The notes under the pieces were generated by a model. The model saw nothing but the letters and a program-made list of their open reading frames with translations. It was not told where the DNA came from and searched no databases. The position numbers were made by a program, and so were the translations under genes. A stretch of 64,000 bases of DNA from Patescibacteria group bacterium (GTDB taxonomy: Bacteria; Patescibacteriota; Patescibacteriia; SG8-24; DYFX01): contig JBBTWH010000003.1 of NCBI GenBank assembly GCA_038062835.1, positions 2,666 to 66,665 of the forward strand, read 5' to 3'. This document shows, in pieces, positions 18,625 to 28,810 of the stretch (position 1 is its first letter; every line of letters begins with the position of its first letter).

Positions 18625-21372
18625 ATGAGCGAATTCCGCCTCTGGGTCCATAGGAAGGTCGCGCGCCTCGACGAGACGCGCGAACGAAGGTTCGTCGCGC
18701 TCGCGTCGGCCCTGATTTTCGCCGTCCTATCGCTCGGCCCGCAGGCGCTCCGCATCGTCGACGCCGCCATCGACTCTCCCGATATCAGCATCGATGAGCT
18801 CGGTGCGGAGCCGCTCCTCAATCCGGTGCGGTTCAAGGCGACGGTCCTGAACGCCATCGTCAGCCAGGTACAATTCCTGGTGCTGGACGCATCCGGCGCG
18901 AGTACGTCCGTTCCTGGCCACCACGCCGACACCGTAGGCCTGTCTCTTTGGGAATCCGATGAATTCATGGGCGAGCCTGGACGGTCTTACACCGTCAAGG
19001 TTCGTTACGCTTCTTCGACGACGCAGGGGCAGTTCATCGATTCGTCGCAGTCCGTCGCGTTCAGCATTTTCGATCCCGCGCAGGGCGCCGGTACCGGAAC
19101 AGGGACGACTGGTTCGACCGGCACTTCCGGAACGTCCGGCACGTCCGCGAACGCGTCGGTGGAGATTTTCCAGCTCGTCGCCTGGCCAGGCACGGAAACC
19201 AGGATCGAAGCGCGCGGCATGCACGCCGGCTTCACCGCGACTTCCGCCGCCTATCGCGTCCAATCGGTCACGGGACTCGCCTTCCTCGGCGAATTCCCGG
19301 CTGCGCAGGAAGCGGGCGGCGCCTGGCATGCCCTATTCCCGATACCGGGCGGCGCGCTCTATAAGGCGACGCTCATCGTGCGCGAAGGGACTCAGGACCA
19401 TGCATCCATCCCTGCGGAAGTCGCCGTGCCGGTCGAGGACGCGACAGGGACCCAAACGACGACGCCTGCCCCGACGGCCCCGGCGCCTGTCGTTTCCTTG
19501 CTTCTCCCGAATGCCGGCGCGTCGCTCATGAGCCCTGTCGCGCTGGCGGCGCGCGTCGAGAACGCCACTGCGACATCGGTGGGGTTCGAGGTGCTTGACC
19601 CGGCCGGCGTCTCTCGCGTCGTGCTCGGCGCCGCCGTCGCCGACGGACGCTGGACGGCGATGTTCGTCGGGAATCCGGGACAATATAGCTTCGGCGTCCG
19701 TGCCGTGCTCTCCGACGGCGCCGTCATCCCTCCGACTGACTTCCGACCATTCAGCATCGCCGCTCTACCGACCGAAAATGCGACGACGACCGGAACCGTC
19801 CCGCTTCCCGACCCGACCGCGCCCGAACCCTCCCCGGCCACGACGACGCCCGTCGTCACGCCGGCCGTCGAGATCTTCTCGCCGGACCCGTCCGCCGTGC
19901 CGTTCGCCGGACCGGTGCCGATTTCCGTCCGTGTCCGCAACGGCCTGCCGGAGAGGGTCGTCGCCGTCGTCATCGGACCGAACGACCGCGAGACGATCGT
20001 CGTCGCTTCTAAATCCGCGACGGGTGATTTCTGGACGGCTCTTTTCGACGGACCTGACGGCGAATACCGTTTCCGCGTCCGCGCCTCCGTCGCGGGCGAG
20101 GATTACTTCGCGCCTGAACGCCGTTTCGCGGTGAAGCGTCCCGCCGCGACGTCCGCGCCCGTACCGGATACGGCTGGACCTGGGCCTGTCGCGAACATGC
20201 CGATCCTGCCGTCCACTATCCTCAAGGACGGACCGCCGCCCATGACGGCGATCGTACCTGTCGACGAAAACCGGGGCGGTACGTCGAGCGCGCCGACGAG
20301 GCCGGACGTCGGCGGCGAGTCGATTCCTGAAGCGCTCCGTCTCGAATGCCGCGATGGCGGCATCCTGCCGGCCCGCTGCGTGGATTGGCTCAAGGCCAAG
20401 CATCAGAGCCGCGAGTGCGCGGAAGCCGGCGCCGTCACGAGGGAAGCGTGCCTCGCTGTCCTTGGCCGGCTGAACGTCGCCGTCGACGAGACGAACGTCT
20501 TCGGCATGGCCACCGATCGCGACATACTGGACGCGGTCGAAGCCGCCCGCGAGGTCGCCGGCAAGGCCATGAAGCTGGCCGAGATGCCGCCCGCGATCGG
20601 GCGCCTCCTGGCTTTCGAACCGCGACCGGAAGAACGCTGGAGGGTGATGGCGTCCCGGGACGATTCGCCTTCCTTGCTCATCCTCGACAACGACGGCGAC
20701 GGCCTGCCTGACGACGCCGAGCGGAGGTTCGGCACCGACCCGGACGCCGCCGACACCGACGGCGACGGCTTCAGCGACGGACAGGAAATCAGGAAGGGCT
20801 ACAATCCGCTTGGCCCCGGCGCGCTGGACAGGCCGCTGCGCGGCCTCGACAAGGCGACGCTCGAAAACCGCGAGATCGCGCAGCCGCGCGGCTCTTCCGC
20901 GCCCGTCGACCCATCCTTCACCATCGCCGCCGAAGCGGCAGCGCCGGCGTCCGAAGACGAAGTCATCCGCCTCTCCGGCAAAGCCGCCCCGAACTCGGTG
21001 GTCAGCATCTTCGTCTACAGCTATCTGCCGATCGTCGTCACCACCACGACCGACGAGAACGGCGACTGGACCTACGACTTCGGAAGCAAGCTGGCCGAAG
21101 GACGCCACGAGGCCTACGTCTCGATCAACGACGACACCGGCAAGCTCGTCGCCTCCTCCTCGCCGCTCGCTTTCTTCGTCAAGGAAGCGAAGGCCGTCTC
21201 GGAGGAAGACTTCCTCCGCCCCGACATCAACGTCGAGGAGGCTCCTACGACGTTCTCGCGCTGGTTCGTCTACGGCGGCATCGGGCTCGTCGCGCTCGCG
21301 GCCATCCTCGTCATCGCCATCGTCCTGCAGACGCGCAAGTCGCCGCTGAAGGGAACCGGAGACGAGCCATGA
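18625..21372 (+). CDS. Large surface protein with Ig-like domains, Ca-binding TSP3-like repeats and C-terminal TM
   Basis: T/P-rich linkers, DNDGDGLPDDAE and DTDGDGFSDGQE, LSGKAAPNSVV...TTDENGDW, C-terminal TM helix. Confidence 0.8.
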   Translation: MSEFRLWVHRKVARLDETRERRFVALASALIFAVLSLGPQALRIVDAAIDSPDISIDELGAEPLLNPVRFKATVLNAIVSQVQFLVLDASGASTSVPGHHADTVGLSLWESDEFMGEPGRSYTVKVRYASSTTQGQFIDSSQSVAFSIFDPAQGAGTGTGTTGSTGTSGTSGTSANASVEIFQLVAWPGTETRIEARGMHAGFTATSAAYRVQSVTGLAFLGEFPAAQEAGGAWHALFPIPGGALYKATLIVREGTQDHASIPAEVAVPVEDATGTQTTTPAPTAPAPVVSLLLPNAGASLMSPVALAARVENATATSVGFEVLDPAGVSRVVLGAAVADGRWTAMFVGNPGQYSFGVRAVLSDGAVIPPTDFRPFSIAALPTENATTTGTVPLPDPTAPEPSPATTTPVVTPAVEIFSPDPSAVPFAGPVPISVRVRNGLPERVVAVVIGPNDRETIVVASKSATGDFWTALFDGPDGEYRFRVRASVAGEDYFAPERRFAVKRPAATSAPVPDTAGPGPVANMPILPSTILKDGPPPMTAIVPVDENRGGTSSAPTRPDVGGESIPEALRLECRDGGILPARCVDWLKAKHQSRECAEAGAVTREACLAVLGRLNVAVDETNVFGMATDRDILDAVEAAREVAGKAMKLAEMPPAIGRLLAFEPRPEERWRVMASRDDSPSLLILDNDGDGLPDDAERRFGTDPDAADTDGDGFSDGQEIRKGYNPLGPGALDRPLRGLDKATLENREIAQPRGSSAPVDPSFTIAAEAAAPASEDEVIRLSGKAAPNSVVSIFVYSYLPIVVTTTTDENGDWTYDFGSKLAEGRHEAYVSINDDTGKLVASSSPLAFFVKEAKAVSEEDFLRPDINVEEAPTTFSRWFVYGGIGLVALAAILVIAIVLQTRKSPLKGTGDEP

Positions 21373-22745
21373 TCGCGTTCAAGAAATACTGGCAGATCAT
21401 CTACGCGATCGTCCTGATCGTGCTGGTGCCGATCCTGATCGTCGTCAACACGCTCTACGCCGTCCGCGGCTTCAAGGCCGATACCGACGTCGCCCTCCAG
21501 CGTCAGGCGCTGATCGTCGGCCGCCTCTTCAACGTCGCGGCGCGCGAGTCGCTGGACGACGCCACGAAGCTCCAGGCGCTCATCGACGACGTCGCCGGGC
21601 AGATCGGCGAAGTCCGTGCCCTCGAAGTCCTCGTCCCCGACGGCGGTGCGCTGCCGAGCGAGCGCTTCCGCATCGTCGCGGGGCTGGACGCCTCCGCCGT
21701 CGGCAAGTCTTCGAGCCAGATCCAGAACGTCCTGGCATGGACGCAGGACGAGGCTTTCGCTTTCCTGACGCGCTCCGACGATCCCTCGTCGAACGACGAG
21801 GACGCGCCGCGCGCTTCCGGCAAGCGCTACTGGGCCGTCATCATGCCGATCGTCGACGCCGCCGGACGGAAGCAGGCGCTCGTCTACATGAAACTTTCGC
21901 TTGAGACGCTCGACGCGCGCGTGGCCTCGACGCTCTTCAGAGCGTATCTCCTGCTCTCGCTGACGGTGCTCGTGACCGTGCTCATCCTCGCCTCCAACAC
22001 GCGCCTCTTCCAATACGCGCTTCTCTTCCGGAAGTTGAAGGAGGTCGACAAGATGAAGGACGAGTTCATCTCGATGGCTTCGCACGAGCTGATGACGCCG
22101 ATCTCGGCCATCAAGGGCTTCCTTTCTCTCTTCCTCGAGAACGCCTTCGGACCGTTCCAGGGCGTGGCGCGCGAGAAGATGTCGACGCTCTACACGCTTT
22201 CGGAGCGTCTGGGCGATCTCGTCGAGGACCTGCTGAACGTCTCGCGCATCGAGCAGGGACGCCTCTCGATCGATCCGGCGCCGTCGCAGCCTGAAGAGCT
22301 GGTACGCGGCGTGATGGAGGAGCTCGAGAGCAACGCCAAGAACAAAGGCCTCGCCTTCTCTTTCGACGCGCCCGCCGCCCCGCTGCCGAAGATCTCCGTC
22401 GATCCGGCGCGCGTGAAGCAGGTGCTCGTCAACGTCATCGGCAACGCCATCAAATACACCCCGAAGGGTTCCATCACGGTCTCGGCCTATCTCGAGGAGG
22501 GCAAGGTCAAGATCAAGTGCACCGACACGGGTCTCGGCATGTCGCCGCAGGCGCGCGAACGGCTGTTCCAGAAGTTCTATCGCATCGCCACCGACGCCAC
22601 GCGAAGCATTCCTGGCACGGGACTCGGGCTCTGGATCACCAAGCAGCTCGTGGAGCTCCAGCACGGACAGATCTACGTCGATTCGATCGAAGGCGTCGGC
22701 ACGCAGATGTCGATCGTCTTCCCGGCCGTGCCCGACAAGGCATGA
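21369..22745 (+). CDS. Sensor histidine kinase
   Basis: Two TMs; ASHELMTP H-box, NAIKYT, DTGLG and GTGLGL. Confidence 0.95.
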   Translation: MIAFKKYWQIIYAIVLIVLVPILIVVNTLYAVRGFKADTDVALQRQALIVGRLFNVAARESLDDATKLQALIDDVAGQIGEVRALEVLVPDGGALPSERFRIVAGLDASAVGKSSSQIQNVLAWTQDEAFAFLTRSDDPSSNDEDAPRASGKRYWAVIMPIVDAAGRKQALVYMKLSLETLDARVASTLFRAYLLLSLTVLVTVLILASNTRLFQYALLFRKLKEVDKMKDEFISMASHELMTPISAIKGFLSLFLENAFGPFQGVAREKMSTLYTLSERLGDLVEDLLNVSRIEQGRLSIDPAPSQPEELVRGVMEELESNAKNKGLAFSFDAPAAPLPKISVDPARVKQVLVNVIGNAIKYTPKGSITVSAYLEEGKVKIKCTDTGLGMSPQARERLFQKFYRIATDATRSIPGTGLGLWITKQLVELQHGQIYVDSIEGVGTQMSIVFPAVPDKA

Positions 22746-22832
22746 TCACGGATGCGAGGAGGCGCCCTTGACGGGGCGCTTTTTCCGAGGTACGCTCCGG
22801 CCGGTCCATTCGACAAACAAGGAGATCGCAGA

Positions 22833-24017
22833 ATGAAGAAAAGCGTGCGAAGCGACGCGGCCCCCGATGCCATCACCCCCATGCTCCTGAAGCTCAGGGC
22901 GAAGAAGACGCGCAAGGAGCCTGTCATCGTCGCCGTGGCCGGTGGTTCCGGCGACGGCAAAGGCCACCTGATCGGACGCCTGATCGAGAGGCTGGGCACG
23001 GACGCCGTCTCCGTCCTGCCGCTCGACAACTACTACATCGGCGTCGGGAGGATGCGGGAGACGGGCGTCCCGCACTTCGACCATCCCGCCGCGCTCGACC
23101 TGGCGCTCGCCGCCAAGCACCTCGCGAAGGCGCGCGTCGACGAGACGTCGAAGATCCCGACCTACGACTTCCCCAGCGGGGAACGCGTCGGCGACGAGGA
23201 CTTCACGGCCAAGGCGTTCATCTTCGTCGACGGCCTCTTCGCCTTGCGGGATTCCGACATCCGCGCCGTCGCCGACCTCAAGATCTTCGTCCGTTCCGAT
23301 CATGACAGTTCGATGCTGCGACGACTGTTCCGCGACGCCGGTCCGACCGGCCGCACGCGGCAGACGTCGAGCGAGGTGCTCGAGCAGTACTTCACGACGG
23401 TATACCCCGCCAAGAAGGAGTTCATCGATCCGACGGCATCGGCCGCCGACGTCGTCGTCGAGTCGCAGTACGATCCGGCCGTCGAAGCGCTCCTGGCCGG
23501 ACCGGCCCAGTTCCAGCTCAAGGCCCGCGGCTTCCGACCGGACGACCATGTCACGGCGCTCTGCCGCGCCGTGCGCCTCGGCGCCACGGTCACCCAGACC
23601 GACCGCTTCATGCAGCCGAAGTCGCGCGACTTCAGCGGAGAGATGCTCCGGCTGCGCATCGAGAACGGCGAGGTCCTCATGACCTACAAGGGGCCGTTCC
23701 ACGCCTCGCGCATCGGAACACGTCCGGCGACATCGCCCATCCCGCTGCCGATCGACGCGATGAAGTGGTTCCGCGACGACTACGACGTCGTCGCCACGTT
23801 CAAGAAGCGGCGAACCCTCTTCCTCGCCGACGACGTCCTCATCGCGCGCGACGAGATCGAGGGTCTCGGGAACTTCTTCGAGGTCCGCTCGACCTCCGAG
23901 CAGCGCCGGCCGCGGATGCGCGCGCTGCTCGGAAAGCTCTGTCCCAAGGAGCGCCTGCTGACGCAGAGCTACCTCGAGCTCTGGAAGGAGCGCGCCTCCT
24001 CCACGACCGCGATCTGA
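22833..24017 (+). CDS. Uridine-kinase-like plus CYTH domain fusion
   Basis: AGGSGDGK, LDNYY, FDHPAALD, RRLFRD; then QTDRF, LRLR, MTYKGP, KKRR and GLGNFFEV. SD AAGGAG. Confidence 0.8.
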   Translation: MKKSVRSDAAPDAITPMLLKLRAKKTRKEPVIVAVAGGSGDGKGHLIGRLIERLGTDAVSVLPLDNYYIGVGRMRETGVPHFDHPAALDLALAAKHLAKARVDETSKIPTYDFPSGERVGDEDFTAKAFIFVDGLFALRDSDIRAVADLKIFVRSDHDSSMLRRLFRDAGPTGRTRQTSSEVLEQYFTTVYPAKKEFIDPTASAADVVVESQYDPAVEALLAGPAQFQLKARGFRPDDHVTALCRAVRLGATVTQTDRFMQPKSRDFSGEMLRLRIENGEVLMTYKGPFHASRIGTRPATSPIPLPIDAMKWFRDDYDVVATFKKRRTLFLADDVLIARDEIEGLGNFFEVRSTSEQRRPRMRALLGKLCPKERLLTQSYLELWKERASSTTAI

Positions 24018-24060
24018 TCCGCGAGACCCTCCAACCTCCCCTATACAGGGGAGGATTTTT

Positions 24061-25470
24061 TTATTCCCCGCGGACGAGCCAGTCCTTCAGGTGCGCCGTG
24101 GCGCGGACGTCGTCCTCGTTGTAGTCCTTGATCTTGTCGAACATGGCGCGGTCCTTCTTCTCGCACCATTCCTGGAACCAGAGGACCGAGTTCGCGCCGG
24201 AAGCGTCCGACGCGCGCCAGCGGAAACCCAGGTGCTTGGCGACGTCCTTCAGGGAATAGAAGTAGAGGGGAAAGATGACGCAGCGCTGCGTCACGCGGTT
24301 GAGGTCGATCATGTTGGCGGGGTCGAGCGCCGCGGCGGCTTTCTTGGAGATGCCGTATTTGGCGGAGAGGCGGCGGATGGCGTCGAGTTCGTACCAGCCG
24401 TAGTGATAGATGGGCGTACCGGCGTAGCCTTCGATGAAGTCGCAGAACTCCGTCCAGGCGCGGCCTTCGTCGGCCGGGTCCTCGGCCGCGAAGGCCTTGT
24501 ACGTCTCCTTGCCGCCCTCGCGGATCAGGAGGCCGTGGAGATATTCGACGCCGATCATCGGGTCGCCCTCGATGTCGAAATGCAGTTCCGTGTCCGTCTC
24601 CGGAAGGCGCGGCTCGTCGATGCGGATCGTCCTCTTGTCGTGCAGGGATTGCGCCTGGAGGTGCAGGCGGTCGAGACGGTGGTCGGAGACGCCCTTCACC
24701 TCGGCGTGGACCGCGGCAAGGTCGGCTTCGGCGAGCTTCGTCAGCGTGCCGTATCCCGCCTCGCGCAGGCGGCGCATCTCGCTCTTGTAGATCTTGTATA
24801 TCAGGCTGATGTCGTCCGCTTCCTCGGCTTCCCTCTTGCACATCCCGTGCCACGGCGAATCCTTGCAGCTCGACATGAACGAGAGCGACGGCTTCTCGCC
24901 GGCGCGGATGGCCAGGATGCGATCTAAGACCTCGAAGAAGCCCGGCTCGGCGGCATCGACGGAGAACCTCCGCTCCTCGCGATCTACGTTGATGATGACG
25001 CCGTCGTCCGGCTTCACGCCCTGGATCTTCTTGAGCAGCAGCGCGTAGAAGACGAGCTGGTAGGACTGCGCCTCGGTGATCTCGCGGCTCGACTTGATGT
25101 CGATGGCCTCGTAGGACCAATCGCCGAAATCGGACGGCGTCTCGACCCGGCGCAGCAGGTCCGGACGTCCGGACCATTCCCCGTCGAGCAGCGTACCTTG
25201 GTAGATGAGCGCGGCGCCGCGCTTCATCGCCTTGAGCGTGGCGGCGAAAAGCTCCTCCGGCTCGCCCCCGGAAGGCATCTCCTCGTACGGGCCGAGCTTC
25301 TCGACGCAGCGGCGTTCGTGCAGGACGCCGTCCTCGCGTAATTTCTGCAGCATCGGCGGCACATCCCCCTTGTCCTTGGGGTCTCCGAAGATGTCCCAAT
25401 AGACCCAATGCGGGCACTTGAGATAGCGGTAGAAGGCGTCGGCGGTGAGGTGCGGAAGCTTCACGGGCAT
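24061..25470 (-). CDS. TM0106 family RecB-like nuclease
   Basis: GRPDLL...DIKS...QLVFY nuclease motif; FDIEGDP...YSLKDVA...YNEDDV RNase H-like domain. Confidence 0.9.
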   Translation of the reverse strand: MPVKLPHLTADAFYRYLKCPHWVYWDIFGDPKDKGDVPPMLQKLREDGVLHERRCVEKLGPYEEMPSGGEPEELFAATLKAMKRGAALIYQGTLLDGEWSGRPDLLRRVETPSDFGDWSYEAIDIKSSREITEAQSYQLVFYALLLKKIQGVKPDDGVIINVDREERRFSVDAAEPGFFEVLDRILAIRAGEKPSLSFMSSCKDSPWHGMCKREAEEADDISLIYKIYKSEMRRLREAGYGTLTKLAEADLAAVHAEVKGVSDHRLDRLHLQAQSLHDKRTIRIDEPRLPETDTELHFDIEGDPMIGVEYLHGLLIREGGKETYKAFAAEDPADEGRAWTEFCDFIEGYAGTPIYHYGWYELDAIRRLSAKYGISKKAAAALDPANMIDLNRVTQRCVIFPLYFYSLKDVAKHLGFRWRASDASGANSVLWFQEWCEKKDRAMFDKIKDYNEDDVRATAHLKDWLVRGE

Positions 25471-25564
25471 ACGCGGATACGGTACACGACCTTCCTGAAA
25501 CGAAGAAGCGACGCCGCGAGGCGCCGCCCCGAGCTCAGTCGAGGGGACTGTCCTCGCGCCGCGC

Positions 25565-25969
25565 TCATCGAGCTTCAAGGATGACGATGGCGACGGCGGA
25601 AAGCCGGCGGTCGCCCAGGTCGCTGCCGGTCGCCGTCAGCACGGTGCCTGGCTTCAATTCGGACGCGGGAACGGGAGAACCGCCGACGGTCGTGATGGTC
25701 GTGTCGGACTCGACGATCAGCTCGTCGTACGCCTGCTTGGATTCCATCTTCACGACCCTGCCGTCGAACTCCACGACCGTGCCGAAGAGCGTGGGCGGCT
25801 GCTGCTGGAGCCCGACCGGACCCTTGGGAGGCCGCGCCTCGACCGCGCCGTTCCTCAAGCTCGAAAGCAGCGAGGCGTACGCCAGGACGGATATGAGCGC
25901 CCCGGCGGCCATCCCGACGAGGACCCATAGTACGACGGCGTGCGTGACGGGCTTCCGATGCCAGAACAT
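25565..25969 (-). CDS. Hypothetical protein (TM plus DUF5666-like beta domain)
   Basis: GTVVEFDG...DTTI...SELKPG pattern. Confidence 0.65.
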   Translation of the reverse strand: MFWHRKPVTHAVVLWVLVGMAAGALISVLAYASLLSSLRNGAVEARPPKGPVGLQQQPPTLFGTVVEFDGRVVKMESKQAYDELIVESDTTITTVGGSPVPASELKPGTVLTATGSDLGDRRLSAVAIVILEAR

Positions 25970-25970
25970 G

Positions 25971-26597
25971 CTACTTGGATTTCGCTTCGACGATGACGGA
26001 CGTCATCTTGTCCCCGCCGCGAAGCTTGTCGACGACGTCCTGGCCCTTGGTGACCATGCCGAAGACGGTGTAGAGCGGCAGCAGCGGCGTGTCCTCGAGC
26101 ATGATGAAGAACTGGCTGCCGTTGGTGTTCGGTCCCGCGTTGGCCATAGCGACGATGCCCTTGGCGTACGGACGCTTCACCGGTTCGTCCTCGAAACGGT
26201 AGCCGGGGCCGCCCGCGCCGGTGCCGGTCGGGTCGCCGCCCTGGATGACGAAGCCCGGGACGTACCGATGGAAGGTCAGTCCGTCATAGTAGCCGCCCTT
26301 CGTCAGGTAGACGAAGTTCGAGACGGTCTTGGGCGCTTCCTCCTCGAACAGCTCGAAGACGATCTCGCCCTGCGTGGTCATCATGCGGATCCGGCGGTCC
26401 TTGATCTGGTTCTCCGGCAGCGCGCCCGGGAACTCCCATCGCTTGTCCATATCGGCGGTATTAGGTGTTGAAGTCGGGACAGTCAGTTTGCCGGTTTCGG
26501 CGGCGAGCGGGGGCGCGGAAGCAGGTTCGGTCGGCGCGGGGGCGCAGCCGGCTCCAACGAGGAGCAGCGCCGCTATAAGAGGGTATGAGCGTTTCAT
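25971..26597 (-). CDS. Cyclophilin-type peptidyl-prolyl isomerase, lipoprotein
   Basis: LLLVGAGC lipobox; FHRYVPGFVIQGGD; AMANAGPNTNGSQFFI. Confidence 0.95.
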   Translation of the reverse strand: MKRSYPLIAALLLVGAGCAPAPTEPASAPPLAAETGKLTVPTSTPNTADMDKRWEFPGALPENQIKDRRIRMMTTQGEIVFELFEEEAPKTVSNFVYLTKGGYYDGLTFHRYVPGFVIQGGDPTGTGAGGPGYRFEDEPVKRPYAKGIVAMANAGPNTNGSQFFIMLEDTPLLPLYTVFGMVTKGQDVVDKLRGGDKMTSVIVEAKSK

Positions 26598-26604
26598 ATG
26601 GACT

Positions 26605-27678
26605 TCATGATACCAGCCCGATGACTTTTTCGGCCAGCGCCTCGCGCGCGCCATGTCGGAAGAGCGCCTGGAGACCGAGGCCGAGCCGTCGCGCATCTTC
26701 CGGTTTCTTCAGCAGGTCGCGCGTGAAGGTGACGAGCTGTTCCGGCGTGAGATCGAGCTCCCTGAACATCCGGGCGCCCCCCCGCTCGACGACGTATTCG
26801 GCGTTCTTCTCCTGGTGCGAATCCGGGATGGGTACGAGGATGACGGGTTTGGCCAGGGCGGCGAGCTCGGTCAGCGTGCCCATGCCGGCACGGCCGATGA
26901 CGACGTCGGCGGCGGCCATGAGATGCGCCATGTCCTTGCCGACGAAATCGAAGCGATGATACCGCTCGGGATGCGTGAGCTGCGGCAGTCTCACCGGCGT
27001 CTTTTCCAGGCCCGTGATGTGCGCCAGATCGGCGAAGCCCGTCCAAAGCGGCGACGCGGAAGCGATCAGCTCGTTCAGGAAGACGGAGCCGGTGCCACCT
27101 CCGAAAGCGAGCACGACGGGGCGCTCGCCCGTGACGCCGAGGAGCGCGAGTCCCTTGGCGCGGTCCCCTTCCTCGACGGATTTACGCACGGGATTGCCGA
27201 TGACCTCCGCCTTGCCTGGCGGGAAATCCGCGAGCGACGGTTCGAAGGCTACGGTGACGATGGACGCGGAGCCGGCCAGAAGCGTGTTGCTGAGCGAGGG
27301 TACGACGTCCTGCTGATGGATGATGATCTTCACGCCGCGCAGGCGGGCGGCGAACCCGACAGGCACCTGCACGTAACCTCCTGCGCCGATGACGGCGGCA
27401 GGCTTTTCCCTTTTCAGGATGTCGCCGGCGCGCCAGACCGATGCCGCGAATTCGAACGGCAGGGCCAGCGTCTTCAGGCTGAAGTATCGGCGCAGCTTGG
27501 GCGACGCGAGCGGCAGGAAGCGCATGCCGGCTTCCGCCACGAGGCGGGCCTCGGGGCCGTCAGGCGTGCCGACGAAGACGCATTCCGCGTCTGGCTTGAT
27601 GCGGCGGATCTCATTGGCGACCGCCAAAAGCGGCGTGACCGGCCCGAGCGTCCCTCCGCCCGCGAAGAGGAATTTCAT
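26605..27678 (-). CDS. murG: MurG N-acetylglucosaminyltransferase
   Basis: AGGGTLGPVTP, GAGGY, GNPVR, GRAG and HQEKNA; next to ftsW. Confidence 0.95.
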   Translation of the reverse strand: MKFLFAGGGTLGPVTPLLAVANEIRRIKPDAECVFVGTPDGPEARLVAEAGMRFLPLASPKLRRYFSLKTLALPFEFAASVWRAGDILKREKPAAVIGAGGYVQVPVGFAARLRGVKIIIHQQDVVPSLSNTLLAGSASIVTVAFEPSLADFPPGKAEVIGNPVRKSVEEGDRAKGLALLGVTGERPVVLAFGGGTGSVFLNELIASASPLWTGFADLAHITGLEKTPVRLPQLTHPERYHRFDFVGKDMAHLMAAADVVIGRAGMGTLTELAALAKPVILVPIPDSHQEKNAEYVVERGGARMFRELDLTPEQLVTFTRDLLKKPEDARRLGLGLQALFRHGAREALAEKVIGLVS

Positions 27679-27697
27679 ATCTGCCACCGTACCTTTT

Positions 27698-28807
27698 TCA
27701 TTTCCTACGGACAAGCTTGCGCTCCGACGAGATGGAGGCGAGCACGCCGACGGCGGCAAGGTTCGCCAGCATGGCCGTGCCGCCGTGGCTGATGAACGGC
27801 AGCGGTACGCCGGTCAGCGGCATGATTCCGACCATCGCCGAGATGTTCAGCGCCGCCTGGAAGCCGATCCAGGTCGTGATGCCGACGGCGGCGAAGCGCG
27901 AGAACGGATCGTGCGACTCTTCGGCGATCTTGAGTCCGCGATAGATGAGATACAGGAAGGCGAAGATCAGCGCGGCCGAGACGAGGAAACCGAGCTCCTC
28001 CGAGACGACGGCGAAGATGGAATCGCCGGCGACTTCCGGCAGGTACTGGAACTTCTGGCGCGATTTGCCGAGCCCGAGGCCGAACCATCCGCCGGAGCCG
28101 ATGGCGAGCAGGGCCTGGTTGATGTGATAGCCGACGCCCTGCGGGTCGAGGTCGGGGCGCAGGAAGATCTTGAGGCGATCGGCGCGATACGGGGCGATCT
28201 TGATGAAGACCGCGAACATCGCGGCGCCGGCGGCCAGCAGGATGCCGAGGTGCTTCAAGGACGCGCCCGCGCTGATGTACATGGACAGGAGGAAGGCGAT
28301 GATGACGGCCGTCGTGCCGAGGTCCGACTGCGCCATCATGAGCGCGATGACGAGCGCGACCGAGATCGCGAACGGCGCGAAACCGGTCCAGAAGCTCTTG
28401 ATGGCCGCCTCGTCGCGCCGCGCCAGCCACCAGGCGAAATACATCACGAGGCAGAGCTTGGCTAACTCCGAAGGCTGGAGCGAAAAGCCGAAGAGCTGGA
28501 TCCAGCTGCCGCTGCCGAAATCCGCGCGGAGCCACGGGATGAAACCGAGGCAGAGCAGCGCCGCGGCGACGATGATCATCGACGATGCGTAGCGTTTGAA
28601 GCGCTCGACGGGCGTCCGCGCCGCCAGAAACATCAGTGACAGTCCCGGCAGGACTCCGAAGAGCAGCTGGCGCTTGAAGAAGTGATAGCTGTCGCCGAAG
28701 CGCGTGAAACCGGTCGGACCGGTGGCCGACGCCAGCGCGACCAGCCCGAAGACGACCAATCCGGCCGTCACGGCGAGCAGCGGGACGTCGGGCGGGTTCC
28801 GGCGCAT
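27698..28807 (-). CDS. ftsW: Peptidoglycan polymerase FtsW
   Basis: QPSELAK, SDLGT, AIGSGG and PLTGVPLPFISHGG. Confidence 0.95.
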   Translation of the reverse strand: MRRNPPDVPLLAVTAGLVVFGLVALASATGPTGFTRFGDSYHFFKRQLLFGVLPGLSLMFLAARTPVERFKRYASSMIIVAAALLCLGFIPWLRADFGSGSWIQLFGFSLQPSELAKLCLVMYFAWWLARRDEAAIKSFWTGFAPFAISVALVIALMMAQSDLGTTAVIIAFLLSMYISAGASLKHLGILLAAGAAMFAVFIKIAPYRADRLKIFLRPDLDPQGVGYHINQALLAIGSGGWFGLGLGKSRQKFQYLPEVAGDSIFAVVSEELGFLVSAALIFAFLYLIYRGLKIAEESHDPFSRFAAVGITTWIGFQAALNISAMVGIMPLTGVPLPFISHGGTAMLANLAAVGVLASISSERKLVRRK

Positions 28808-28810
28808 ACG

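Noticed and set aside
24061-25470. Cas4 or defence nuclease system
   Set aside because: Standalone TM0106 architecture with no partner genes.
25529-25546. Possible third REP type (minus strand cccctcgactgagctcgg)
   Set aside because: Single copy in the window, so it cannot be supported as a repeat.
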